64,000 nt of DNA from an uncultured Desulfurococcales archaeon (lineage in GTDB: Archaea > Thermoproteota > Thermoprotei_A > Sulfolobales > WANQ01), in assembly GCA_964467535.1 (NCBI GenBank), contig CAYXRT010000002.1, forward strand, positions 43,052 through 107,051, given 5' to 3'. The notes beneath the pieces were generated by a model, which saw nothing but the letters and a program-made list of their open reading frames with translations, did not search any database and was not told the origin of the DNA. Both the position numbers and the translations under genes were made by a program. Shown here in pieces: positions 31,778 to 41,732 of this stretch (position 1 is the first letter of the stretch; every line of letters begins with the position of its first letter).

Positions 31778-33039
31778 ATCTTTATTTCTTCACCATTACT
31801 AGGTACTATGGTCTCTACTCCTAATTCTTTTCTAATGTTTTCAGCATATTCTCTTGCTGTATCAATATCGCTATGTACTATTATTACTTTTTCTATTGAT
31901 TTAGCTGCTTTAATTATTTGCATTAAACCTGATTTCCCTGCATGACTTGAAAAGTCAAACCATTCTATTCTTGCCTTTATTTTTCCTCCTCCTTCAAATG
32001 GTCTTCCTAGCTCTAATAGACTTCTTCCAGGTGTCGAAGATGCTTGAAAGCTTACTAAGAATATGGCGTTTCTTGAACTTCCTCCTAGCTTTCTGAGATA
32101 ATATAGTGATGGTCCACCCTTAAGCATTCCTGCTGAAGCAACTATTACCCCTGGCTGCTTAATTGCCTTTCTCCTATCTTCCCATCCTCTTATTCTATAG
32201 AATTCCCTACTTGCTTTTTCTAGTAAATGAGGCATATTTAAGTACTTTTTATCTATGGATCTTAACATTAAGTCTATAACTGTTCTTACCATTCCATCAT
32301 AGAATACATTTATATGTGGTAACTTTTGAGCTAGCAGCATTAATATTTCCTGGCTTCTTCCAACGCTAAATGCGGGGACGAGTACAGTTCCTCCTTCATC
32401 AACTACTTCGCGTACTGATTCTATAAAGAGCTTTTCTATGAAAGATCTCGGAGGATGATCGACATTTCCGTAGGTTGCTTCAGTAATTACTATGTTCACA
32501 TCGTTTAAGCTGGTTAATTCGGCAGGTGATACTAATTTTGTTTCTATAGTATTTACATCACCTGTGTAGAGAAGGGTCTTATTACGTAGATATACTTTAA
32601 TCATAGCTGAGCCAGGTATATGTCCTGCGCTTACAAGCTCTATAATGAATTTACCGGCTTCAACTAATGAGTGGTAGTCTACCTCCTTCATGCAATACAA
32701 TGTGTTTAGTACTTCAGTGTATTCAAACGGTAAGTAATGTCCTGATATTTTTAAGAAATCCTCCCACATTAGTCTTGATAAAATCCTGGTAGGCTGTGTT
32801 AGAATTAATGGTGTTTTACCTGTAATATATAACATTGGTATGGCTCCTATATGGTCTAAATGAACATGTGAAGCCACGATTCCGTCTATCTTCTTTGGAG
32901 GAATATGTAATGGAAGTAATGGGATATCCTCTTCACTGAAATTTATTCCGTAGTCTAGTAGCAGGGATCTGCCATTATATTCTAGTTCTATGGCAGCTCT
33001 CCCCACTTCTCCTCCACTGCCAAGTATTCGTATTTTCAA
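31774..33039 (-). CDS. Beta-CASP metallo-beta-lactamase ribonuclease (aCPSF2-like)
   Basis: SHVHLDHIG, AGHIPGS, GD, EATYG, FSSHAG; no KH domains. Confidence 0.88.
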   Translation of the reverse strand: MKIRILGSGGEVGRAAIELEYNGRSLLLDYGINFSEEDIPLLPLHIPPKKIDGIVASHVHLDHIGAIPMLYITGKTPLILTQPTRILSRLMWEDFLKISGHYLPFEYTEVLNTLYCMKEVDYHSLVEAGKFIIELVSAGHIPGSAMIKVYLRNKTLLYTGDVNTIETKLVSPAELTSLNDVNIVITEATYGNVDHPPRSFIEKLFIESVREVVDEGGTVLVPAFSVGRSQEILMLLAQKLPHINVFYDGMVRTVIDLMLRSIDKKYLNMPHLLEKASREFYRIRGWEDRRKAIKQPGVIVASAGMLKGGPSLYYLRKLGGSSRNAIFLVSFQASSTPGRSLLELGRPFEGGGKIKARIEWFDFSSHAGKSGLMQIIKAAKSIEKVIIVHSDIDTAREYAENIRKELGVETIVPSNGEEIKI

Positions 33040-33125
33040 ATTACAGCACCTTTACCTTAGCTTGGTATAATATACTGTGTATTTTATAAGTCTTTACTAC
33101 ACCTATAGTTAATGGTGTCAGGAGA

Positions 33126-33506
33126 ATGTTTAAGTTATCTCCTCGCGAGCTTAGAAGGTTAATGAAGAGATTTGGTATGGAGGTTGAAGAAATAAGTGAT
33201 GTTAAGGAGGTTATCATTGAGACTAGTGATCGAAAATATGTTGTGGAGAACCCAACAGTTTACTTGATCAAGTCTAAGGAATTTACTATGTTTCAAGTAA
33301 TGGGCTCTTACCGTGAAGAAAAAGCTAAGCCTATTATACCTGAAAGCATTGGTGAAGCCCTTGAAATTCGTGAGGAAGATGTTGCACTTGTTGCATCGCA
33401 AACGGGGGTATCCCACGAAGAGGCTAGAGAGGCTTTAATTGAGGCAGCAGGCGATATTGCTAAAGCAATATTGTTAATAGAATCTAGAAGAAAAGGTTCT
33501 ACTTAA
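33126..33506 (+). CDS. nac: Nascent polypeptide-associated complex protein
   Basis: LMKRFGM, EEDVALVASQTGVS, GDIAKAIL (UBA). Confidence 0.93.
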   Translation: MFKLSPRELRRLMKRFGMEVEEISDVKEVIIETSDRKYVVENPTVYLIKSKEFTMFQVMGSYREEKAKPIIPESIGEALEIREEDVALVASQTGVSHEEAREALIEAAGDIAKAILLIESRRKGST

Positions 33507-34214
33507 TTTCCTAAGTGCCAATTTTTGTAGAGAAGATACTAGCTCATCTATTGTTTTATGTAGAGATAATATTAGTGGTATTCCTTCACTATCAGCAAGT
33601 CTTACTGCTAGGTAGTCTACTTTCTTAGTTCCATGAATTACTACAACTAATGGCTTTAACGGTGATATTCTAACAGCTACGAGAGGTGAACGACCACGCG
33701 ATACCTTGGTGAAGATTAATGCTCTTTCAGTAGTTAAACCCATAATCCTAAAGAAATCATTGCCACTTAAAGTCTCTATAGCTTTAAGGCTATCTAGTAT
33801 TGTATAGCCATATATTCTTCTTTCAGTACAATGCGAAGATATTATTGTTCCGTTGACAGCTACTACAAGTTCATCTAATGTCACGGGTATTTCGAATTCT
33901 CTTATGTCAAGAATAGCTTCTTCAAGTACGTTAAGCGTCTTTGCAAGATGCATTACTATTCTCCATCCCCTTCTAGCGTCTATAGTTAATAGGCTTTCAA
34001 CAAATTTCTTTACAAACCTTGCTCCAGGTACTCTTCTACCTTTCTCATAATCACTAATAACACTTGGTGAAACATTCATTTCCTTAGCTACATCAACTTG
34101 GAGAACGCCAAATATTTCTCTCCATTTCCTTAAAGCTGCACCTATATTTTCACTCCAAATAATATCACCAGCAATATATCTAGCTACAGCGTCTCTAACA
34201 GATTTTGAGACCAT
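33474..34214 (-). CDS. XRE-HTH transcriptional regulator (COG1709-like)
   Basis: IAGDII, RKWREIF, SPSVISDYEKGRR, GRSPLVAVR. Confidence 0.85.
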   Translation of the reverse strand: MVSKSVRDAVARYIAGDIIWSENIGAALRKWREIFGVLQVDVAKEMNVSPSVISDYEKGRRVPGARFVKKFVESLLTIDARRGWRIVMHLAKTLNVLEEAILDIREFEIPVTLDELVVAVNGTIISSHCTERRIYGYTILDSLKAIETLSGNDFFRIMGLTTERALIFTKVSRGRSPLVAVRISPLKPLVVVIHGTKKVDYLAVRLADSEGIPLILSLHKTIDELVSSLQKLALRKLSRTFSSRFY

Positions 34215-34292
34215 GTACTTAACACCACTATTGCGCTACGAATTAATTTGGCTTTAAACGCTTATTAAATTCCTTACCATATGCGTTATAAG

Positions 34293-34414
34293 GGGCCCGT
34301 CGTCTAGCTTGGTAGGATGCGGGGTATGCTGAGTATTTATGAGGCACCCGACTCGGGACCTACCATAGGCGATAATCCCCGTGGTCCGGGGTTCAAATCC
34401 CCGCGGGCCCACCA
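34293..34414 (+). tRNA. tRNA-Pro(CGG) with two introns: 32/33 (34326-34352) and 37/38 (34358-34375); CCA encoded
   Basis: Removing both introns gives a 77-nt tRNA with anticodon arm CGGGG-TTCGGGT-CCCCG; BHB-like helices CGGG/CCCG + TGC/GCA and TCG/CGA + CCTA/TAGG. Confidence 0.9.
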
Positions 34415-34446
34415 TTAGCTACTTCATGAGCAATATTTAGACATTT

Positions 34447-35487
34447 TTAACTTATCATTTTACTTAAGCTCTCTTTATAAGGTGGTCGTGCTATACCTTT
34501 TTCGGTTATTATTGCTGTTACCAATTCAGGAGGCGTTATATCAAAAGCGGGATTTAGTACTTCGACATCTGGTAGTGTAATTAGTAATCTTCCTAGAATC
34601 GACCTTACTTCATTGGGATCTCTTTCCTCTATTACTACTTTATCTACCGTGCTTTTAGGATCTATTGTTGATGTAGGTGCTGCTACATAGAATGGTATAT
34701 TATGTCTTGATGCTAGTACCGCTATGGTATATGTTCCTATTTTATTAATTACGTGACCATCTAATAGAATTCTGTCTGCTCCTACTATTACTTTATTAAC
34801 TAATCCCTTAGACATTACGTAGCCTACCATATTATCTGTTATCAACTTTACTGGTATTCCTTCTTTCTTTAACTCCCATACGGTAAGTCTTGCTCCTTGG
34901 AGTATGGGTCTTGTTTCAGTAGCTATAACTTTTATCTTTTTACCACTATACCATGCAGCTCTTATAATACCTAATGCAGTTCCGTATCCTGCAGTAGCTA
35001 GGGCTCCTGCATTACAATGAGTGAGAATAGTATCACCATCATCTACTAGTTGTGAGCCATGGTATCCTATTTTTCGGTTTAATTCTATATCTTCCTCACA
35101 TATCCTAAGTGCTTCCTGCAATAATTGTTCTTTTATTTTATTAACTTCGTTTATGGTTTTTAAAAGTAGTTTAAGCTTATTATTCATTCTATTTAATGCC
35201 CAGAATAAGTTATATGCCGTAGGACGAGTCCTCTTTAACCTACTTAATGCTTTTTCAAACTCTAATACCAATTCATTTATGGATTTTACTTTAACATTAT
35301 ATACATGTGCTGCTAACGCTAATGCTGCAAATGCTCCTATAGCTGGTGCTCCTCTTACTTCCATCCTCTCAATAGCTTGTGCTAAGCGTTCTAGATCCGA
35401 GGACTCATGATATACTTCTTCCCAAGGTAATTTAGAGGTATCTATCCATGCTATCTTACCCTTTCTCCATTCAAAGGGTCTAATCAT
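34447..35487 (-). CDS. mtnA: Methylthioribose-1-phosphate isomerase
   Basis: VRGAPAIG, RPTA, THCNAGALAT, ETRPILQGARLT, NPAFDITP. Confidence 0.93.
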   Translation of the reverse strand: MIRPFEWRKGKIAWIDTSKLPWEEVYHESSDLERLAQAIERMEVRGAPAIGAFAALALAAHVYNVKVKSINELVLEFEKALSRLKRTRPTAYNLFWALNRMNNKLKLLLKTINEVNKIKEQLLQEALRICEEDIELNRKIGYHGSQLVDDGDTILTHCNAGALATAGYGTALGIIRAAWYSGKKIKVIATETRPILQGARLTVWELKKEGIPVKLITDNMVGYVMSKGLVNKVIVGADRILLDGHVINKIGTYTIAVLASRHNIPFYVAAPTSTIDPKSTVDKVVIEERDPNEVRSILGRLLITLPDVEVLNPAFDITPPELVTAIITEKGIARPPYKESLSKMIS

Positions 35488-35544
35488 GTTCCTCCCATAA
35501 ACTTTATTACTCTTCTGCGGGATTGTAGCTAAGTGATATAATAA

Positions 35545-36102
35545 ATGTTAGGGTATAAATATATGCCTAAGAGAATAGTTATAGAAAAGAAAGATAACTT
35601 ATTTGCATTAATTAATCCTTCAATTAATGAGCTTAGAAAGAGCTTAGGTAAAGAGTTTGGAGTAGAATTTGATGGTAAAGCTTATTTAGCGCCTGTTGAG
35701 GTGTTGTACCTAATTTATTTAGGCTATGAAGTCATCTTGGGAAGAAACAATAAACCTCTTGATTTTAATAAGGTCATTAATTTAACTAATGATAAAGAGT
35801 TATGGGTTAAGTTCGTTGTATACTATGATCTAAGAAATAGAGGTAGAAGAGTTAAGGTTAGAAGCGATAAAGGATTTACATTTAGTGATCCTCAATCTAA
35901 TAGAGATGTCGAAGTAGTCGTCATGGAGGAATCACGTAAATTAAAAGCATATGAACTTATTGAAATTATTGATAAATATACAAAGATGAATAAAGACGTC
36001 CTATTAGCTATAGCTGATAGGCATGGCGATGTAACATATTACCAGCTATCTAGAATTCATCCAATGAGATCAGGTAAAAGTGTTGAAGAGAATATGCTAT
36101 AG
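35545..36102 (+). CDS. tRNA splicing endonuclease, probable structural (beta) subunit
   Basis: LAPVEVLYL, VYYDLRNRG, AIADRHGDVTYY; no recognisable catalytic motif. Confidence 0.75.
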   Translation: MLGYKYMPKRIVIEKKDNLFALINPSINELRKSLGKEFGVEFDGKAYLAPVEVLYLIYLGYEVILGRNNKPLDFNKVINLTNDKELWVKFVVYYDLRNRGRRVKVRSDKGFTFSDPQSNRDVEVVVMEESRKLKAYELIEIIDKYTKMNKDVLLAIADRHGDVTYYQLSRIHPMRSGKSVEENML

Positions 36103-37709
36103 AATTTATAGACAAGCATGTTAAGGAGTAGTACTACTCCTGCTCTATGTGTTAATAGTATTGTATTATCTATAGCTTTCGCTACTACTAGTGTTAAGCT
36201 AATGGATAGTATTGAAAACACCGATAGTAACGTTAATGAAAGTTCATGTACATTTAATTGATATGCTGTAACTAATGTTAATGAACCAATACTGTATGTA
36301 GTTAATGTTTCAAAAAAGTTTGAAAGAGCACTAGTTAATATCAACGAAAGCAAGAAAAATAATGGGGGAAAAGCTATCGAAAGTATCTCATAAAGCTTTA
36401 GATTTGATAATGTTTCTTTCTTAATTTTCTTTATCTCTATTAAATAATCTATCACTTTCTCTATTATACCCGTCATTAAACTCCCTGATAATACTACTAT
36501 GTCAAGTAGGAGTATGAGGTATTTTAGCCTGAAATTCTTAAGTGATTTAGCATAAGTGTATAGCCTTCCTCCATGCCTTAATCTAGCAATTATCTCATTT
36601 AAGGTTCTTGTAAGTACTTTACTATTCGTTTGAAGCGGATTATTTAATAACATTATATCTATTGCATGTCCTATTTTGCTGTGATCTAGTAATTTTCTTA
36701 AAATACTTATTACGTGTTCATCAACATCTTTATATGGTTTATGAATTACTATATAGTTTATTATACCAAACGTTAATAGCCCTATTGACATAGTCAGCAT
36801 ATATAGTTCGCTCAGTTTTAATATATAGTAGCCCTTGAGTATAAAGAAAAATACTGAAGCCATTAGAGTAGTAATTAATATGTTTTTTATTATAGCTTTT
36901 ACTTCAGGTACCGATAGGAATTCACTACTGGGCTTTAATGTATGTATCAATACTATGGATGTAATGGTCATTAATGGTATGAATAAATATGCCTGCATAT
37001 ATAATATCTCAATAACTGTGAACCCCATTAACCACGCTATAGCGACTATTATTGTTGTAGAAAAGCCTATTATCAGGAAGGCTTCAACTATTATAGCTAC
37101 CAATTTGCTCCACTGACTATATTTTCTTGTTAAGTCGTGATATGCTTCACTTATTTGTATATCATAGAATAGCTTGATGTCTCCTCCTTCACTTAAGACT
37201 CTGATGTAACCTTTGGTAAATTTTGAAAAATTTTTTGATGGAGTAAAGTTGCTCAGCGTAGCTAAAGCCTCTATGGGATTTGGATTTATATTTAGTAGTT
37301 CTTTAAGCTTTTTAGATTCTACACCAATTCCTTTGAAACATGTTAGTATTTGTTCAGAAATTAAATAGTCGTAAAGAGGAATCCCTACGCTATCAGCTAT
37401 GCTGGCAAGTACTAGGAAGTATGGTAGTTCACTGTCTATTCTTTGTCTAAGTCCAAGAATTCTAAACTTTATGTATAAATGATATAATGGTAATATACAT
37501 GAAAGGATAGACGCTATGGTTAATGATATGAAGTTCACTAACGTGATCGGCTGAGAATGCATGTATTTGTAAAAGGTATCTATCAATATTATAATTAACG
37601 AGGTAGATCCTATAATATTTACGAGGAATAATAGTTTTAGCTTGGTAATTGTTGTTTCAATACCTGCTACTTTCGATTCATGAATTAAATTTAAGAATAC
37701 GTGTTTCAA
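36057..37709 (-). CDS. Type IV pilus membrane platform protein (TadC/ArlJ-like)
   Basis: IDSELPYF, TPSKNFSKF, two T2SS-F-like halves with many TMs; directly downstream of the pilus ATPase. Confidence 0.8.
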   Translation of the reverse strand: MKHVFLNLIHESKVAGIETTITKLKLLFLVNIIGSTSLIIILIDTFYKYMHSQPITLVNFISLTIASILSCILPLYHLYIKFRILGLRQRIDSELPYFLVLASIADSVGIPLYDYLISEQILTCFKGIGVESKKLKELLNINPNPIEALATLSNFTPSKNFSKFTKGYIRVLSEGGDIKLFYDIQISEAYHDLTRKYSQWSKLVAIIVEAFLIIGFSTTIIVAIAWLMGFTVIEILYMQAYLFIPLMTITSIVLIHTLKPSSEFLSVPEVKAIIKNILITTLMASVFFFILKGYYILKLSELYMLTMSIGLLTFGIINYIVIHKPYKDVDEHVISILRKLLDHSKIGHAIDIMLLNNPLQTNSKVLTRTLNEIIARLRHGGRLYTYAKSLKNFRLKYLILLLDIVVLSGSLMTGIIEKVIDYLIEIKKIKKETLSNLKLYEILSIAFPPLFFLLSLILTSALSNFFETLTTYSIGSLTLVTAYQLNVHELSLTLLSVFSILSISLTLVVAKAIDNTILLTHRAGVVLLLNMLVYKFYSIFSSTLLPDLIG

Positions 37710-40700
37710 GTTAAAACCTCCTTAGATGCTCTCATATAGAATTCCATTATTGCATTAAATACTTCTTCAAGAGATCTTGTCCCTTTGTTCATGAGATTTA
37801 TTATGAATCTCTCTTTCGCTTTTAGCTCATTTTCGAGTTCGCTTAAGTCTATTCCTTTTAGGCTTGCTATTTGCTTTAATCTATAGCTCTTATCTATAAC
37901 TTCGTTTATCGTTAGCGGTATATGTTTATCTCCACGGGGATCCCATGTAAATATCACCTTCTTTGATGGTCCCTGAGGTGTAGGTATTAATTCTACTATT
38001 TCGGTAACTCTTCTGGTATAGCCTCCTTGTTTGAGCTTAACCCTCTTCATAATTACAAAACACCATATGAGGTTTAAGAATCCCTCACTAAGCTCGATGG
38101 GAGGTGATCTTAGTCTAATGAGAGCTGATTCTACACTATCTGCGTGAAATGTACAATTATGGGTTATTACGGATGTACTATGTATGAATGTATGTGTATC
38201 CTTAACTTCAATGTCGTAAGCCCATTCAGGCGTATTTAACTTTACTTCTGAGATTGCAATGACTTCATCTGTAGCTATTCTTACATCATGTAAGCTTGTG
38301 TCATCTGAAACATCCTTATTTAATGTGAGAAGTTTATCACCGGCTCTTATAGACTTCGCCTTTTTAGTTGTTAATCTACCTTCAGAGATTATGGGTAAAG
38401 GATGATTGGGAGTATACTTTAGCTTCCTTCCTTCATTAGTCTCAATTAAAATCCATGATGTGGTTAATGTCTTGTATACTCTCATTATTGGCTTCCATGT
38501 AGGCTTAAGTCCCTTTAGATCAAATGATAACACTCTTATGGGATTATGTATTTCTGTGTAAATGAGTTCATGTACTAGTTCACCGATTTTATGAACTTTG
38601 ATGGTGTTAGTGTTATCCTTTATAAGGATTTTATCTGAATATTCAAGGCACATCGATCCTTGGCCTGTTGCTGCTGCTTGAGCTAAAACTCTTGCCTCCT
38701 CTCCCCTGACTTCACCTATGACTATATATTCTGCTCTTCTTCTTAGGGCAAACTTCGCTAGATCGAATAGTGTAACTTCTAGTCCCTTTGGTGCTATTGA
38801 ATACGTATGCCTGGTTATGAGGGAATCCCAATGTGGATGCATAAGTCTAAGTTCAGGTGTATCTTCTATTGTAACTATTCTGCTGTTTATTGGTATTAAG
38901 TTCAGTAATGCCTGAAGCATAGTTGTATTATGAACAAATATGCCATTGACTTCGAAGTTCTCGGTCTCCGGAATCTCTATGTCGTAGACGTAGCCCTCGT
39001 ATTCCTCTTCTTTAACCCTCACAATCTCGTCGAAGCCCACACCCCTAGGTATGAACTCGTAGAGCTTCTCACCCAGCAACTCTTCGACCCTGTAGAACGA
39101 GGGGTTCTCGCCCTTGTACTTGTAGGAGCGTAGCTCGAAGCTTAGCCTAGTATCTCTTCTATGCTCTTTCCTCTTGAGCATAGACCCTATGGCGTATGCA
39201 ATCTCTGCTGGGATAATGTCGATATCGCTATGATGATTCGTAGACTTCTCTATAGCCTCCTCAATCATCTGCCTCTTCTCTTCGCTAAGCCACTTCATAA
39301 TCTTCCTAAGAGGCTCCTTGTTGATGCTAACCGGTATGAATATACGGTAGTAAACATGGTCAGGGTGCTTCTTTACCCTCTTAGTTCTCAGATATACATG
39401 AACGCCAACACTGGCAAACGCATAGAGAAGGCCATAGGCAAGCTCCACACTCGCAGTAGCAATCACGATAATATACTTTCCAGTATGGATACTGCCGCCC
39501 CCATCAATTATGCCTGCAAGGAACGCTAAACGCCATTCCTCATCCATGTTCCAGAAGATATCGGGAACACGTTTAGTCCTAGCCTTGGGACCAACCTTAT
39601 TTAGTGTGATTTCTCTCTTGTACTCGCCATCATAAATGGCTATGTATCTCATATGTGGCTTACGCTTCTCCGGTGATATACGGTACTGGAAGCCGAGTTC
39701 ATTCATATACTTGATTACATGGTCTAAAATAGGCCCTGTGCTTTGATATAGCCTAGGAGTACTCCCATTAAAGTATCCTTCTGCAACAAAGAACCCGACG
39801 AGATATCCAAATCTTGGGTCAGTTGACTTTCCACTACCTTGGCTATGATTGTGAAGCTCTAGTAGTCTCAAATACGGTAAATAGGTCTTTCGACCTATAC
39901 TGCCGGGATTTACGGATTCAAATGTTATTTTGAACTTATCCTTCTCCGTACCAACTTTCCATACTACAAGGCTGTGGTCGGGGGTTACTTCGATCATTCT
40001 ACCCGTTTTCGTTCTTATATGGTATATTTTGCCTACGTATCTATGTCTTATCAAGTACTTTGGTTTATGCCATTCAATGCCCTTCTCTGTAACTGTTAGT
40101 ATTTCTATGTCGGGATTTTCTATTACCTCCATATTCCCGAGTTTCTTTGCTTCGTATCCTCGTGCAACTAGATTGTTCCACAAACCTTCTATCGTAACTA
40201 AACGTATATTGCCTCCTTGACGTATTAGCATGTGGGATAGTTTTCCCACCGACTTCCCCGATGCTATTCCACCTATTATCATTATGAATGCTTGGTTTTC
40301 TATTAGTGTCCATAGATACGCAGCTTCGAGAGGAGATAAGGTGTTACTATTTACTAGGTCTATTATTGTTAAGGGTATTTGTGGAAACTTTCTAATGACA
40401 AAGCTACTTCCATGAGGTGAAACTTCTCTTAAATATGTTATAGCTATTCTATGCCCTTCCTCTGTTAATCCCTCAGCATAGGGGAAGGCCGTACTAACAT
40501 GAACTCTTGCTTTTCTAGCTAAAGTTAACACAAGGCTATTTAACTCATTTTCAGATAGTGAAATATTCGTATCAAGCCATAAATAATCGGGATAAAGTCT
40601 ATGAAATACTGCTACATTACAATATGGTCTTTCGCACGCTATTTCCTCCACATAAGGATCATTAATTATGGGGTAGAGTATGCCATAGCCACTTAGTACT

Positions 40701-41089
40701 CTATCTATATAGTAATCTATAATCCCTAGCTTTTTCTCCATAAGATCTTGAATGTTTAACTCATAAGCTGCCTTTGTAATTACTTTAGCTCTACTTTTGG
40801 GGTTAAGTAGACTATTGACTCCTCTTGTTGTATAAATATACTCTATTAACTTAACTATTTGATGCTGTACTTCAGGTTCTATTGGAGGTTCTTCAATTAT
40901 ATATCTTACTCCTCCTCTTTCCTTAACTATATATATTTTTGCGAGTTTAACTCCATAAGTGGTTAGAATTTCACCTGTAAGATCTTCAGGTTTAGGTCTT
41001 ATAGGCTTTAATTCATGGTCTTGTATTATGTATGATCTCTCATCTCTACGAGTAATTGATGAGAAAAAATATTTGTTCTTGTTTATCAT
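37706..41089 (-). CDS. Type IV pilus / type II-IV secretion ATPase (VirB11/ArlI family) containing two inteins; ~520 aa after splicing
   Basis: GGIASGK^TT Walker A, TIEDTPEL, IGEVRGEE, TGQG..^CTFHA; two Hint-domain inserts. Confidence 0.92.
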   Translation of the reverse strand: MINKNKYFFSSITRRDERSYIIQDHELKPIRPKPEDLTGEILTTYGVKLAKIYIVKERGGVRYIIEEPPIEPEVQHQIVKLIEYIYTTRGVNSLLNPKSRAKVITKAAYELNIQDLMEKKLGIIDYYIDRVLSGYGILYPIINDPYVEEIACERPYCNVAVFHRLYPDYLWLDTNISLSENELNSLVLTLARKARVHVSTAFPYAEGLTEEGHRIAITYLREVSPHGSSFVIRKFPQIPLTIIDLVNSNTLSPLEAAYLWTLIENQAFIMIIGGIASGKSVGKLSHMLIRQGGNIRLVTIEGLWNNLVARGYEAKKLGNMEVIENPDIEILTVTEKGIEWHKPKYLIRHRYVGKIYHIRTKTGRMIEVTPDHSLVVWKVGTEKDKFKITFESVNPGSIGRKTYLPYLRLLELHNHSQGSGKSTDPRFGYLVGFFVAEGYFNGSTPRLYQSTGPILDHVIKYMNELGFQYRISPEKRKPHMRYIAIYDGEYKREITLNKVGPKARTKRVPDIFWNMDEEWRLAFLAGIIDGGGSIHTGKYIIVIATASVELAYGLLYAFASVGVHVYLRTKRVKKHPDHVYYRIFIPVSINKEPLRKIMKWLSEEKRQMIEEAIEKSTNHHSDIDIIPAEIAYAIGSMLKRKEHRRDTRLSFELRSYKYKGENPSFYRVEELLGEKLYEFIPRGVGFDEIVRVKEEEYEGYVYDIEIPETENFEVNGIFVHNTTMLQALLNLIPINSRIVTIEDTPELRLMHPHWDSLITRHTYSIAPKGLEVTLFDLAKFALRRRAEYIVIGEVRGEEARVLAQAAATGQGSMCLEYSDKILIKDNTNTIKVHKIGELVHELIYTEIHNPIRVLSFDLKGLKPTWKPIMRVYKTLTTSWILIETNEGRKLKYTPNHPLPIISEGRLTTKKAKSIRAGDKLLTLNKDVSDDTSLHDVRIATDEVIAISEVKLNTPEWAYDIEVKDTHTFIHSTSVITHNCTFHADSVESALIRLRSPPIELSEGFLNLIWCFVIMKRVKLKQGGYTRRVTEIVELIPTPQGPSKKVIFTWDPRGDKHIPLTINEVIDKSYRLKQIASLKGIDLSELENELKAKERFIINLMNKGTRSLEEVFNAIMEFYMRASKEVLT
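38156..38650 (-). mobile_element. Mini-intein (165 aa, no homing endonuclease) in the ATPase His-box region
   Basis: Starts CLEYSD, block B TPNHP, ends YDIEV..THN followed by Cys+1. Confidence 0.9.
38927..40252 (-). mobile_element. Intein (442 aa) with a LAGLIDADG homing endonuclease domain, inserted in Walker A
   Basis: Ser1 (SVGK), block B TPDHS, LVGFFVAEG and LAGIIDGGG blocks, YDIEI..VHN followed by Thr+1; visibly higher GC than the host gene. Confidence 0.92.
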
Positions 41090-41109
41090 AATTATTCACG
41101 TCTTAACCA

Positions 41110-41538
41110 CTATTGCACAGTTACCTTTAATGGTTCACTAGTATACGTTCTTCCATTAGCTTGATATGTTACATATAGGACGTGTTGACTCCCTGGTGTA
41201 AGACCAGGGAAAGTTCCTATCAATACAACGTCCTCAATAATGTCGCCGGGGGCTATAGGTCCTAGATTCAAGGATGAAACACTCGTTCCATCGATATAGA
41301 GTCCCGTAACTGTTATTGGCCTTGAGCCCAAGTTCACGATTCTTAGATGAACTATTGACGTTGTGTCATTTACATATACTATTTGTGCCCATAGTCCTAT
41401 TCCTTCACTTCTACTGACTTTATTTACCATTTGACCAAAGTATTGATATATTAGTAGACCGCCTAGGACAGCTATTACTATTAACAGGGTCGTTGCTATC
41501 AATGGTGATAATGCTCTCTTCATTTTATGTGTATTCAT
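41110..41538 (-). CDS. Archaeal type IV pilin
   Basis: Class III signal peptide KRA^LSPLIATTLLIVIAV; first gene of the pilin-ATPase-TadC operon. Confidence 0.88.
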   Translation of the reverse strand: MNTHKMKRALSPLIATTLLIVIAVLGGLLIYQYFGQMVNKVSRSEGIGLWAQIVYVNDTTSIVHLRIVNLGSRPITVTGLYIDGTSVSSLNLGPIAPGDIIEDVVLIGTFPGLTPGSQHVLYVTYQANGRTYTSEPLKVTVQ

Positions 41539-41732
41539 ATTTATCCCTATAAATTAAGGAGGCAAAGGGAGTAGACAAGCATTTTATTTAGGAAAAATTT
41601 ATATATGGGAATGGTGGTGGGCAAGCTACTTATTAGTTGTACCACACATAGATTTTTATCCCTTCAATGGATATAGTACTTGTTTTGGAAGGTATTATCA
41701 TGGCTGGTAAAAGTAGGGCATGGTGATACTAT

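Noticed and set aside
31346-34414. Long near-identical inverted sequences at 31.35 kb and 34.4 kb, suggesting att sites or terminal inverted repeats
   Set aside because: They are the shared acceptor and T arms of two complete tRNA genes. The enclosed genes are housekeeping and no integrase or transposase is present.
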